From Hypanus sabinus (taxonomy: Eukaryota): a DNA stretch of 64,000 nt. The stretch spans positions 145,328,001 to 145,392,000 of the forward strand of contig NC_082715.1 in the NCBI RefSeq assembly GCF_030144855.1, written 5' to 3'. The position numbers were made by a program, and so were the translations under genes. Position 1 is the stretch's first letter; each line of letters starts with the position of its first letter. Below the pieces are notes generated by a model that had not been told where the DNA came from, did not search any database, and was given only the letters and a program-made list of their open reading frames with translations. Positions 12,980 to 25,039 of this stretch are shown in pieces.

Positions 12980-15440
12980 TGTAAACCTCCTCTAAACCCT
13001 CGCTACAGCTTCCACGTCCTTCCTATTCCGACCAGAATCAAACACAACAATGTCTGTGTAGTCTAAACAGAATTGTATGGAAATACAACATTAGCCTTGA
13101 ACTCGATCCCTCGACTAATGCAGGCTAAATGCCTTCTAAATAACCTTATTGACGAGCGGCAATTATTGAGAGATCTATGCGAGTGGACCCCAGGATCCCT
13201 TTGTCCTCTACACTACTAAGAATCTTCTCCTTAACCTTATATTCTGTCTTTGATTTCGCTCTTCCAAAGTCCATTATTTCACATTCTTCCGCATTGTAAA
13301 CCATCTGATACATAACAGCCCAGCTACGCATCCCATCAACGATCCCGTTGGAAACTACGACAATCTTATCCACAGCACCAACAGACTTGCGTCAACTATC
13401 CCATTGCCCTGTACATAGACCATACCTCTCCGTACCACTCCCATCCATATTCTCATAATATTTAACACTTATTTTAAAAATTGAACTTATACCACATGCT
13501 CTACTTCCACTGGCAACTCGTTCCACACTCTCACTACTCTCTGAGATGAAGTTCGTCTTCATGTTCGCCCTAAACATTTCACCTTTCACCCGCAGACCAT
13601 GACCTTTAATTCTAGTCTCATCCAACCCTGGTGTAAAAAGCCTGCTTACATTTACACTATCTATTCTCCACATCATTTTGCATATCTCTATCCAATCTCC
13701 CCTCATTCTCCTATGCTCCAAGGAAGAAAGCGCTAACCTCTTCAATCTTTCCACACAAGTTACATCACAAGTTACGTCGTATACACCGCTCTACTTTTAT
13801 CAACTTCTTTAGTCACTTTCTCGAAAAAGTCAATCAGGTTTGTGAGAAATGAACTGCCCCCCAGTTAGCTGTACTCTATGTAATCATACTATTCTTCTCC
13901 AAATGCTCAAAAACTCTGCCTTTAAGAATCACTTCCAAAGTTTGTCCACCACTGACATGTAGCTCTGGTCTATAATTCCCAGGATTATCCCTGTCTCTCG
14001 GTTTCTTTTTGCACTACCTTACTTTCCCTTCTCTATTTTATAATTTTGATTGATAATTTAATTTTTTTTATTATATTTACTTCGAATGTACTCCAGAGAG
14101 CGCGAAGTGCAGAGTCAAGTATCACTGTGATGATTGTATGCTCTAGTATCAATTGTTTGCTGACAACAAAGTAGAGTAAGAAAATAAGTAAGTACGTAAT
14201 CCCTTTCTTCAACAAAATAATAACATTTGAGACCCTCCAGTCTTCTGCTACTCCTCCTGTGTCCAATCAGGGCGCAAAGATTATCACCAAGAGGGAGCAT
14301 TCTCTGCCGTCGTTTCCCGTACTAACCAGGGTGTACACCATTCGGCCTCGGGGCCTTTTGACTTTTTTCAAAAGTTCGACAATATCCTACTTCTTAACGT
14401 ATAATGCCGTTTGTGCTGTCCACACACAAGTCAGGGTCCTTCTCAGAGGTGAATACTGAAGAACATTATTCATTAAGGAACTCCCCTACCTCCTCTGACA
14501 CCAGGCACATGGTTCCTCTTCTTTTACTCACTCTAGTCATCCTTCTGTTCTTCACCTACGTGTAGAACGTCTTGGGGATTTCCTTAATCATACTCGCCAA
14601 GCTCTTCTCATTCCTCCTTCTAGCTCTCTTAAGTTCATTAGTCAGCTCCTTCCTGGCTGCTTCGTAACACTCAAGAGTTCTGTCTGATATTTCCTTCAAA
14701 ACTTGTTATTGGAATTCTTCTTTCCTCTAGGTGGGATGCTTCGCATCTCTTGCCAACCATGCTTCCTTCTCCCAAACATCCATGTTCAACTGGGAGAACC
14801 CTACCCAGAAACCCATTATTGTTCGCTTCACAACTTCCACATTTCCTTGTTCATTTCCCTGATAAAACTAATTCCCAATTTCTACTCACAAGCTCATGTA
14901 TTATAGCATCATAATTTCCTCTCCTGCAAAACAATCTGCTCTTGTCCCTCTCCAAGTGTATGGTAAATTAGGGAGTCGTGAATGTGATTAGGGAGGAGCA
15001 ATCTGACACCTGGCCTGTTCCATTGGCTAGCACTAGTACCAGTAAGGCCTCTCTTCTAGTTGGCCTGTCCACATATTCAGGAATCCTTCATTAACAGACC
15101 TAACAAACTCTGCCCTGTTTAAATCTTTTGCATGTAAGCTAATGGAATCATTATTAGGGAAGTGCGTGTTTCAGCAGCTTTCCAAAATCGACCTGCCGAC
15201 CTACTCCTCGATGTTCCTGTTGGTGGTGTGCGCTGTACAGTACTCCCATCAGATAGACTGCAACCCCTCCTATTTCTGAATTCCACCCACGGAGACTCAA
15301 TAAACGATCTCTCCACGACTTCCTCACTTTCTGTATCTGCGATACTATCCCTGATTGGCAATACCACTCCTCCATCTCTATTACCTCCCTCCCTGACCCT
15401 TTTCGAGTTATCTGAACATAGGAACATTCAGCAGCTTTTC
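12980..15440 (-). mobile_element. Composite of degraded CR1 fragments
   Basis: RRMRGDWIEICKMM (3' ORF2), VAEDWRVSNV and APE-like pieces. Collinear with 29920-32900. Confidence 0.7.
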
Positions 15441-15869
15441 CTGCCTTTGTGACAACCATATTTTGTTTTATATTTTGGATCGGGAACGAGATCGTTTCCT
15501 ACAAGAATAAAAAGACAAATACATGTTATCATCGAATTTTACCTCTTACCCTTACAATGCAAATAATTTTCCACATTTCACTGGCAATTAGTTAGGAATT
15601 TTCTTCCCTCCCAACGTTCGCTTATGGTGACAAGAACTTCCAATCTTACTGATAACTGTCCATGAAAAATCACAGAGAAAAGTATAAAGAATAAATGATA
15701 AAAGGAGAAAATTTTTCTTAACGAATAGACAAAATACAGAGGCGTCCAATCACCATGCCAATGGAACTCCAATGAAAGTTGATCAGATGACAGAGTGCAC
15801 AGAGGAGAGGCGGAATTAGTAGATGTTTTCAGAAGCTTACAGTCTGTAACTCATAGAAGTCTCAAAGAA

Positions 15870-18260
15870 TTCTACGACATGAGCAACTGCTCTGAGCGTC
15901 CTTTGGACTCGGACCCCAGGTTCCCTCTGATCCTTCACACTGCCAAGAGTCTTACCGTTAATATTATATTCAGTCATCACATTTGACCTACCAAACTGAA
16001 CCACTTCACACCTATCTGGATAGAACTCCATCAGCCGCTTCGCAGTCCAGTTTTGCATACTATCAATGTCCCGGTGTAACCTCTGACAATTCTCCACACT
16101 TTCCACAACACCTCCAACTTCTGTGTCATCAGCAAACTTCCTAAACTATCCCTCCGTTTCCTCATCCTGGTCATTTATAAAGATCACGAAGTGTAAGTGT
16201 CCCAGAATAGATCCTTGAGGCACTCCACTGTTAACCGACATCCATGCAGAATATTACCCGTCTACAACCACCCTTTGCCTTCCGTGGGCAAGCCAGTCCT
16301 GGATCCACAAAGTGATGTCCCCTTCGATCACATGCGGCTTTACTTTCTCTATAACCCTTGCATGGGGTACCTTATCAAATGCCTTGCTGAAATCCATTTT
16401 CACTATATCTGCTGCTCTTCATTCATCAATGCGTTTAGTCACATACTCAAAAAAAATTCGATCAGGATCATAAGACACGACCTGCCCTTGACGAAGACAT
16501 GCTAACTACTACTAATGATATTATATCTCTCAAAATGTTCATAAATCCTGTCTCTCCGTATGTTCACAATCAGCTTATTAATCACTGAGTTAAGACTCAA
16601 TGGCCCGTAATTTCCATGGCTATCGGAACTCCCTTTCTTCAATAAAGGAACAACATCCGCAAACCTCCATTCCTACAGAACCTCCCCCTTCCCCATTGAT
16701 GATGCAAAAATCATCGCCAGAGGCTAAGCAATCTTCTCCCTCACCTCCTACAGTAGCATGGTGTATATTTCGTCCGGACCGGGCGACTTATCCAACTTGA
16801 TGCTTTCCAAAAGCTCCAGTACATCCTCTTTCTTAATATCTACACGCTCAAGCTTTTCGGTTCGCTGCAAGTCATCACTACAATCACTAAGAACCGTTTC
16901 CATAGTGAATACTGAAGTAAAGTATTCATTAAGTTCCTTTGTTATTTCCTCCAGTTCCATACACACTTCCCCACAGTCATATCTGATAGGTCCTATTCTT
17001 TCACATCAAATCCTCTTTCTCGTCACATACTTGTAGAATGCCTTGGGGGTTTCCTTAATACTGCCCGCCAAGACCTAGTCATCGCCCTTTCTATCTCTCC
17101 TAATTCCCTTCTTAAGCTCCTTCCTAGTAGCCTTACAATCTTCCACATCTCTAACATTACCTAGCTCACTGAACCTTTTGTAAGTTTTCCTTTCTTCTTG
17201 AATAGATTTATTTCAGCCTCTGCACACCACGGTTCCTGTACTCTACCGTAAGTTCCCTGTCTCATTGTAACGCACCTGTACAGAGCTCAACACATATATC
17301 CCCTGAAGATTTGCTGCATTTCTTCTGTACTTGTCCCTGAGAACATCTGTTTCCAATTTAAGTCTCCAATTTCTTCCCTGATAGCCTCATAATTCCCCTT
17401 ACACCAAATAAATATTTTCTAACTTGTCTGGTCCTATCTCTGTCCAATGCTATTGTAAAGAAGATAGAATTATGATCACTATCTCCAAAATGCTCTCCCG
17501 CTGAGAGATCTGACACCTGACCAGGTTCATTTCCCATACCAAACCAAGTACAGCCTCTCCTCTTGTAGGCTTATCTACATACTGTGTCAAGAAACCATTC
17601 TGAACAAACCTAACAAACTTCACCCCATCTCAGCCCCTCGCTCGAGGGAGATGCCAATCGATATTTGTAAAATTAAAATCTCCCATCACGACATCTCTGT
17701 AATTATTACACCTTTCCAGAATCTGTTTCCTTATCTGCTCCTCGATATTCCTGTTACTATTGGGCGGCCAATAAAAAAAACCCAGTTAAGTTATTGAACC
17801 CTTCCGGTTCCTAACCTCCACCCACAGAGACTGCATAGAAAATCCCTCTATGCTGCCCACCTATTCTGCACCTGTGACACTATCTCTGATCAACAGCCTA
17901 CACCTCTTCTGCCTCCCTCCCTGTCCTTTCTGAAACATCTAAAACCCGGCACTTGAAATAACCAATCCTGTCCCTGAGACATCCAAGTCTCTGTAAATGC
18001 CAACACATCATATCTCCAAGTACTAATCCGCTTTGTTCACAACACTCCTTGCATTAAAATAGACACAACTCAAGCCTTCGGTCTGAGCGCGTCCCTTATC
18101 TGTCACCTGCCTATCCTCTCTCTTGCACTGTGTACAAGCTTTCTCTATTTGTGATCCAATCTCCTCTTCCCAAGTCTCTTCAGTTCGGTTCCCACCCCAC
18201 CCCCAAAAATCCTAGTTTAAAATCTCCCCAGTAGCCTTAGCAAACCTCCCCTCCAGGATA
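15870..18260 (-). mobile_element. CR1 LINE fragment (unit 2 copy of the ancestral upstream insertion)
   Basis: LNEYFTSVFT..KLDKSPGPDEIY, with an APE region to about 18100. Collinear with 38200-40110. Confidence 0.8.
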
Positions 18261-18493
18261 CTTATTCATAGAATTCATATCATATCCAGGATTCATAGAA
18301 AAACACAAATAAGATGGACGTCACGTGGGTGCCGGGCAAGATGGCTGCATGTTAATGGAGCTCCGACGACCCAACATAAAATTCTATCAATTAGAGCATA
18401 TTTATCCCGCCTTATTCGGATACAGCTTATCGAGAGTTCAAATTGTTTGTTTTTTTACTGAAAAATAACAACTTTGCGAGATAATTTGGGACG

Positions 18494-19344
18494 ATGCCAA
18501 GAACTTCGAAGAGCGCTACAGCGAGTCACGTGGCTACAAGTCAGGGCCCGCATTCCAAAGATCAAGAAACGCTAACGACACAGACGGACTGAGGCTCCAA
18601 CATGGAGAATTTACTGGTTGAGGTTAGTGGTATAAGTTCCATTCTGCTCGGGGTGGCTACTGATTTATCTCCAATTTAAGAAACGACAACGGAGTTGAAG
18701 AACTCTGTCAATGCCATTCAAGAGAGGCTGACGGAAGACGAGGTCGCCTCTCCAGCGTGGAGGACACCACTGTGCAGCTGGTGGGTGCTGGCGAGCAGAA
18801 TAATAAACGCTTGGACCTGCTGTGGAACCGTGTCGAGGAGCTTGAGAACAGGAGCGGACGGAACAACGCCAGGCTAGTCGGTCTAAAGGAGGGTGCGGAA
18901 ACGGGCGGTCTGATTAAGTGTGTGCAAAGAATCATGTCGGAGTGATTAGGCATCGAACTGAAAGCAGAACTTGAGATTGAGAGGGCGCACCGGGTCCCGG
19001 CTCCGAGGTCGGGCGAGGATCGCCCCCCTCCCCCCAGGTTGGTCTTAATACGATTCTTGCGCTCTTCAGCCAGAGAGAAAGTGGTGCAAGCGGCCATAGC
19101 AAAAAGAGGAGTTGAGTGGGAGGGATACAAAGTCTCCTTCTTTCCGGATATGTCCAGAGAATTGGCTGAGAAACGGAGCGCATTTACTACGGCTCGGAAA
19201 ATGCTGCGAAGAGTCAACGTGACGTGTACACTCGCTTATGCAGCAGTTCTCCGATTCACGTGGAAAGGAAAGAACACGTTCTTTACTACTGCTGCAGAAG
19301 CAGTGAAATTCACTCAGGAAAAGTGCGGCGCTGGCACTGACTAA
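18494..19344 (+). pseudogene. L1 ORF1 (disrupted)
   Basis: LENRSGRNNARLVGLKEG..LEIERAHR..PRLVLIRFL..VSFFPDMSRELAEKR, typical of fish L1 ORF1. Contains stops and frameshifts. Confidence 0.85.
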
Positions 19345-19609
19345 GAGACAGTAATAGGTGGAGACAACATTTTAGGTACAACAGGATGGGTGGGGAGCTG
19401 GTTAAAGCGGTCTGATTAGTGCGAGGCTTACTAGCTGGCACGGTACTTCGCTGACTATCTCGTGTGTCTGTTTTTTTCCGTTTCTTTGCAGAGTTTATCC
19501 TGCCTATTTGCTTTTATTTGTTAGTTAATCTGGCAGGAATATATTATCGCTATGTTTTGAGGTTATGTTGGTTGTTTAGTTGTTCGAAAGCGCAGCATTT
19601 GCAGTAGAT

Positions 19610-22375
19610 AAAACATCTGGAGGCAGAAACAACCACATTGGAAAAGGTCTTATCAAGACAAAATACCGATGACTTCTAAAAAGATCTGAGCAATTTGAAA
19701 TTCCAGCTAAATAACATATATAACAAAGAAGCAGAATATGCATTATTTAGATTAAAAACAAGTTTCTATGAAGGTGGTGACAAAGCTGGTAAGCTGCTGG
19801 CACGATATTTAAAGCAGCAGAAGACGAATAGTCTTATACCTGTGAATAAGAAAGGGGACACATTAGTGTCATCATCTGAAGAAATAAGCGAAGTCTTTCC
19901 ACAGTTCTATGAACATCGATATGCATCACCGTTTAATCATGACCAGGAGGAGCTGAATCAGTTTATCGCTAACATAAAATTGGCTACATCATCCCCACAA
20001 CAAGCTGAGTCCTTGGATGCCCCAATTACTGACGATGACGTCGGACGGGCCATTGCAGCTATGAAAGTGGAGAAATCTCCAGGTATGGATGGCTTCCCAG
20101 TTGAATATTATAAGAAATTTCTGGACATATTGGCTCCTATTCTAACAAAAATCTATTCAGAAGCATTTAATTTGGAATCTTTACCTAATACATTTAATGA
20201 AGCATTAATTCGTTGATCCCAGAAAAAGACAGGGATGCAATAGACCCTTCCAATTACAGGCCTAAAAGCTTAATTAATGTGGACTGTAAGATACTGACTA
20301 AAATACTGGCTTCGCGATTAGAGAAAGTTTTACCATCTATAATTAACTCTGACCAGGTTGGCTTCATTAAAGGCAGATCCCCAACTGACAATGTAAAATT
20401 TCTGCACTTAACATGGCTGTACTCCCCAAGTAGTATCCCAGTTACTGCCATCTCCCTGGACGTTGAAAAGGCCTTTCACAGGGTTGAGTGGAGATTTTTA
20501 ACCACGGCCTTGTCATTCTTTGGGTTTGACTCTGTCTTTAATCATGGATTACAATTTTGTATAAAAACACAAAAGCTGCAGTAATTACAAATGGTATCAT
20601 ATCCCCATTATTCAACAGTTCACGGGGTACACTCCAAGGCTGCCCCCTCTCCCCACTGTTATTTACGATGTTTTTGGAACCTTTGGAGGTCGTGATTAGA
20701 GCAGATCCAGATATTAGAGGCATGAAGGGGGGCAGAAAGGAACATAAGTTGATGCAGTATGCTGACGATATTTTATTACTGATTAGTTACTCTCCTTATT
20801 CCTTACGCCCACTAATGAAAACAATTTAATTATATTCTGAAGTGTCTGGTTATAAATCTGAGGCTGTGCCAATGTCAAAATTGTGTTATTCAAATTCAGT
20901 ATCTCAGTTTAATTTTAGATGGGTGCCAGTTGGAATGATGTATCAAGGGGTCAAACACAATCAGAATTTGGATGAAGTAATTACTTTAAATTCTGATCCA
21001 TTATTGAGTAGGTTAAGAAATAATCTGGCTAAGTGGGGTGTTCTGCGACTGTCACTCTGAGATAAAGTCAATGTAGTTAAAATGGTCAGAGCACCTCAGT
21101 TTAACTATCTTTCTATGCTGCTTCCTTTAAATATTTCAGATTTGATCGACAAGCAATACAACAAAATTATTATTGACTTTCTATAGGATAAGAAGAAGCC
21201 CAGAATTAAAATGAGTAAGATGTGTATGTCCAGTGACATGGGTGGGCTCTGTCTACCAGACGTCAGGGCATATAAATTATCCTTTGAAATGATCAAGTTA
21301 GCTAAACATTGGGACAGGGCAGATGTTGATTTAGATTGTGTAGTTATAGAACGGAGCTTGGCTGCACCGCATTCTCCCCTTAACATTCTCTCACAACATG
21401 TGGAAAACAACACTAATCTAAATCCTATACTATTTCACTCAAGGGGTGTGTGGAGCACTATTCATGAATCTTGTAAAAATGTCACATTTAAATCAGTTAT
21501 ACTCCTCGCTCTGGAATGCCCCTGTGAAACGCATTGGGAAAAGAATGGTGTACTGGAAGGAACGGAAGATTAAAGGTGTAAATACAGTAGGTGGTCTCAG
21601 TGAGATTGGGATTTTTATGTCGTATGTGGATTTGCAGAGGAAATATAACTTTGTAGATAAAGGGAATTTCTGGAAGTATTTACAAATAAGACATTGCGTT
21701 AGTAGCATATTCAACAATGGTGACCCACAAAGTAACCCTTTAACTGAATACCGTACACTACCACAGGAAGTTCATAAAGCATCAGTGTTATATTAAATGT
21801 TCAGGCACTCTGTGGGTGACCCGTGTAACAATCTTAAAGCAGTATGGTAGAAGGATCTTGGAAGTTATATTGAAGATAATGAGTGGTCAAATATTTTATC
21901 AAATGTGGGTAGACATATTAGGGAAGCGAGAGGGAAATTTATTCAGTATAAGAGAGTACACAGATATTATTGGACACCAACTAAACTCTACAAAATGGGG
22001 ATTGTTGATAATCGTTTATGCTGGAAATGTAAAAATGAGGTGGGCACATGTTTTCATATGATTTGGGAGTGTTCCATGGTTCCTCCATGTTGGTGTAAAG
22101 TTCTTGATTTGTTGGGGATTTGGTCGGGTTCCACACTGCCCTTCTGCCCACGGCTTTGTCTCCTGGGTGATCGGAGAATGATACCTAATGTAAACCATGA
22201 CAAGTTTACTATTTTAAAGCTGGATTTCATCACAGCTGCAATAATTATATTGCAAAACTGGAAAAAAACCAGATGTCCCACTCTGAGGGAATGGACTGAG
22301 GAAAGGGTTAAGATTGCATCATATGAACTCATGTTGGGAAGAACTAACAGTGAGGGAAAAGTGCAAGATGCGTAG
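19610..22375 (+). pseudogene. L1 ORF2 remnant (linker, RT, C-terminal CCHC), several frameshifts
   Basis: YEGGDKAGKLLA, KSPGMDGF, DVEKAFHRV, RGTLQGCPLSPLLF, QYADD, CWKCKNEVGTCFHMIWEC. Confidence 0.9.
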
Positions 22376-22994
22376 GATCAATTTCGGTTGTCTGTTAATT
22401 TAAACTTACATTAGAAGTTTTTTTCTGTTTCGTAATTTTATATGTTTTTCTGTCATGGAATGTCTGTATAAATATGCTGTACTGTATCTGCTCTATGATA
22501 TGCTGTGCAGCTTTGTAAACTAAGAATAAATAATAAAAAAAAATTGAATTACAAAAAGAACACAAATAAATCGACCTAAGATAAGGGGCGTATTATTGAG
22601 TCTCACTGAAACACTGCAAAGGAGAAACTTCCACTGAAATTCTGAAACATTTTCCGTCGATATTCCAAGTATCATGTTTCACTACAGTACTCCCTTCATT
22701 CCCGCCACCCTGAGTGAAACGCTAAACAGTTGCATCGTCTGTCCACCATCACAGGCGCTTCAGCTCATCGGTGCAGACAACACTTTAAATGCATTGTGGC
22801 AATTAAACGGAAAGGCGTTTTACATCGACGTCAAAAGTGTATAACGGGAAAGCTTTTACCTCAGCAGTTTAACACATTATTCTGTGCATTATATTGATGA
22901 AACATGAGGATGAATTTCCGAGTTCTACTTTGGGGCTGCGTGGAAATGTGCAAACGTCAGTGACAGTGAATAGGTCATAAATTGGTAAATTTTC

Positions 22995-23530
22995 AAATTG
23001 CTTAAATGTTGTCACATGTACCGAGGTGCAGAGAACAAACAGTTTCGCAGGCCCTTCATACCGATCAGTTCATCAGTGTATTGAGATAGCACAGGCGAGC
23101 AGAATAAGGTGTTACAGTTACAGGGAAAGTGCAGTACAGGTAGGCAGTAAGGTGCAAGGGCATAACGACATAGAATGTGAGGTCAAGAGTCTATCTGATC
23201 GCAGTAGGGAAACATTTAGTGGTCACGTAACAACGAGACAAACGCTGTCTTTGAGCATGGTGGTATGTGCCTTTAAAGCTTTTGGATCTTCTGCCCGATG
23301 GGATGGGGGAGGAGAGGCAATGTCAGTGATGGATAAGGTCTTTGCCTATATAGGCTGTTTTGCCGAGACAACGACAGTATACACAGAATACATGGAGGGG
23401 AGTTGGCTTCCGTGATGTGCTGAGCTCTAGCATAGAGCATAGAGCAACTCTCTTTAGTTTATTTCAATTACCAGCAGAGCAGACACCATACCCAGCCGTG
23501 ATGCGTCCAGACACAATTCATCGATAAAAA
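22995..23530 (-). mobile_element. L2/Rex-like LINE 3' fragment upstream of the cluster 2 promoter
   Basis: Paralog of 4470-4990. Confidence 0.5.
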
Positions 23531-23604
23531 TTGCTGAGAGTCAACGAGAGAGCGCCAATGAGCGCTCTTTGCCGTGACATCTACGTAGTGGACCAGGATA
23601 GGTT

Positions 23605-23745
23605 GTTGGTGACGTCCTCTCCACTGAACTTGAATTTCTCAACACTCCCGATCTCAGCATCGTTTACATAGTTGCCCCGCCCATTTCCTGAAATCATGAT
23701 CCAATTCATTCCTGAGTAGAGATCTGCATGTATATATATTTCAGT
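23605..23745 (+). promoter_or_regulatory. Putative IgL promoter of cluster 2
   Basis: TGACGTCC 23610-23617, GC box CCCCGCCC 23675-23682, ETS ATTTCCTG 23683-23690, ATCTGCAT 23722-23729 and TATATATAT 23731-23739. Confidence 0.65.
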
Positions 23746-23848
23746 GACTTTGCAGTCTTTCACAGTTCTTAAGGAGCAGCTTCGAAAGCCCTGAACAGGA
23801 CTTGTGTCCGAAAGCCTTTGACTTCTAAGTCTTCTTATCAGCTTCACC

Positions 23849-23897
23849 ATGGCTGAATGGGTCCTGGTACTTGCGGCGTTTGTGTCCTGTTTGTTCA
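23849..23897 (+). CDS. IGLV: Ig lambda light chain cluster 2, leader exon
   Basis: Kozak-like CACCATGG, MAEWVLVLAAFVSCLF, phase-1 donor GTAAGT and an 87-nt intron. CDS join(23849..23897,23985..24335,27689..28011) = 723 nt, 240 aa. Confidence 0.93.
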
Positions 23898-23984
23898 GTA
23901 AGTAGAATATTTACTCCTTTATACTGTCCTTTATGTCGAGTTTTTACTTAAGGGTTTTAAATAGTTATTTGTTACTTTCCCCAG

Positions 23985-24335
23985 CTGCAAACGCGGAGGT
24001 GACTTTGACTCCTCAGTCTCCGTCCGTATCGGCGACTCCGGGTAGAACCGTGAAAATCACTTGTACCATGTCAGGGGGCAGCATCGGCAGCTACTACAGG
24101 AGCTGGTACATGCAGAAACCAGGCAGCGCCCCAGTTTTTGTGTTGTATGACAGCTCCACGAGAGGATCGGGAATTCCAGATCGATTCACCGGTTCCATGG
24201 ACTCATCGAACAACCAAATGCATTTAACCATCACCAACGCTCAAAGGGAGGACGCCGCCGATTATTACTGTGGTGTCATATATAGTAGCACCTCCCCATT
24301 CACCTTTGGGAGAGGAACCAAACTGAATTTCAACA
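23985..24335 (+). CDS. IGLV: Ig lambda cluster 2 germline-joined VJ exon (intact)
   Basis: [42 protein letters not shown]. Conserved Cys/Trp/Cys and FGxG, canonical AG/GT, and no RSS. Confidence 0.95.
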
Positions 24336-25039
24336 GTAAGTGAATATTTGTTGGGGTCTAATCACCTTTTGTTTTCGTTTGTGTTTTTACTTCGTTTGAA
24401 CCTTGGAATAATATTATCAATCCTGATGCTTCGATCTGATTTACAGTCCGCCTCTCATTGTATTTTTACAATACCGCAAGCAGAAAACTAGCACATATGC
24501 ATCCTGTTTGCTTGGTAGGGTTACTTAATTTAGCAGAAAAGTATCTGCAAAACAACCTGAGTTCATTGCCATGACATTTTTAAAATAGCTTCGTGAATAG
24601 ATGCTTCGTGCTGTTAGCGAGTGTTTCTTAAAAGTGTCCCAGGGAACAGATGCATTAAAATATATTCACAACAGTGAGGTTTTGCATTAGACAACCGAGG
24701 TGAAGTCGTGTTTAGAGCCCACAAATTATTGTATAAATGATCTGAATGCCAATCGGCTGGAATATATTTTGTTAGTTTCTTAAAATTTATTTCTGCTAAT
24801 ATTACTTTATTTTGTGTGTATTGTGTTGTGCACCTTGGTCTCCTAAAACGTTGCTATGTTTGACCGTGTACATGTAAACAGTTGACTGACGATACAATTT
24901 ATCCTGAACTTGAAGCTTAATGGGGACCAGAGCCGAGCTGTGAATCTTACCGAATTGCGATAGAGAACTTTTATTTCCTTAAGACGGTAAAATATAGGAA
25001 CAGTATTAGGGAATTCGACCCCATTAATCTGCTACGTCA

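Larger units (their letters stand above)
18313..22558 (+). mobile_element. L1 LINE, 5'-complete, internally deleted (no APE domain), with 11-bp TSD
   Basis: TSD AACACAAATAA at 18302-18312 and 22559-22569. The empty site is visible in unit 3 (about 40125-40160). A-rich 3' tail at 22525-22558. ORF1 and ORF2 motifs are present. Confidence 0.92.

Noticed and set aside
23933-24343. ORF-track proteins starting MSSFYL (and MLSFYL at 41608) as the gene starts
   Set aside because: They begin inside the 87-nt leader intron and run past the J donor. The true CDS is spliced from ATG 23849 / 41524.
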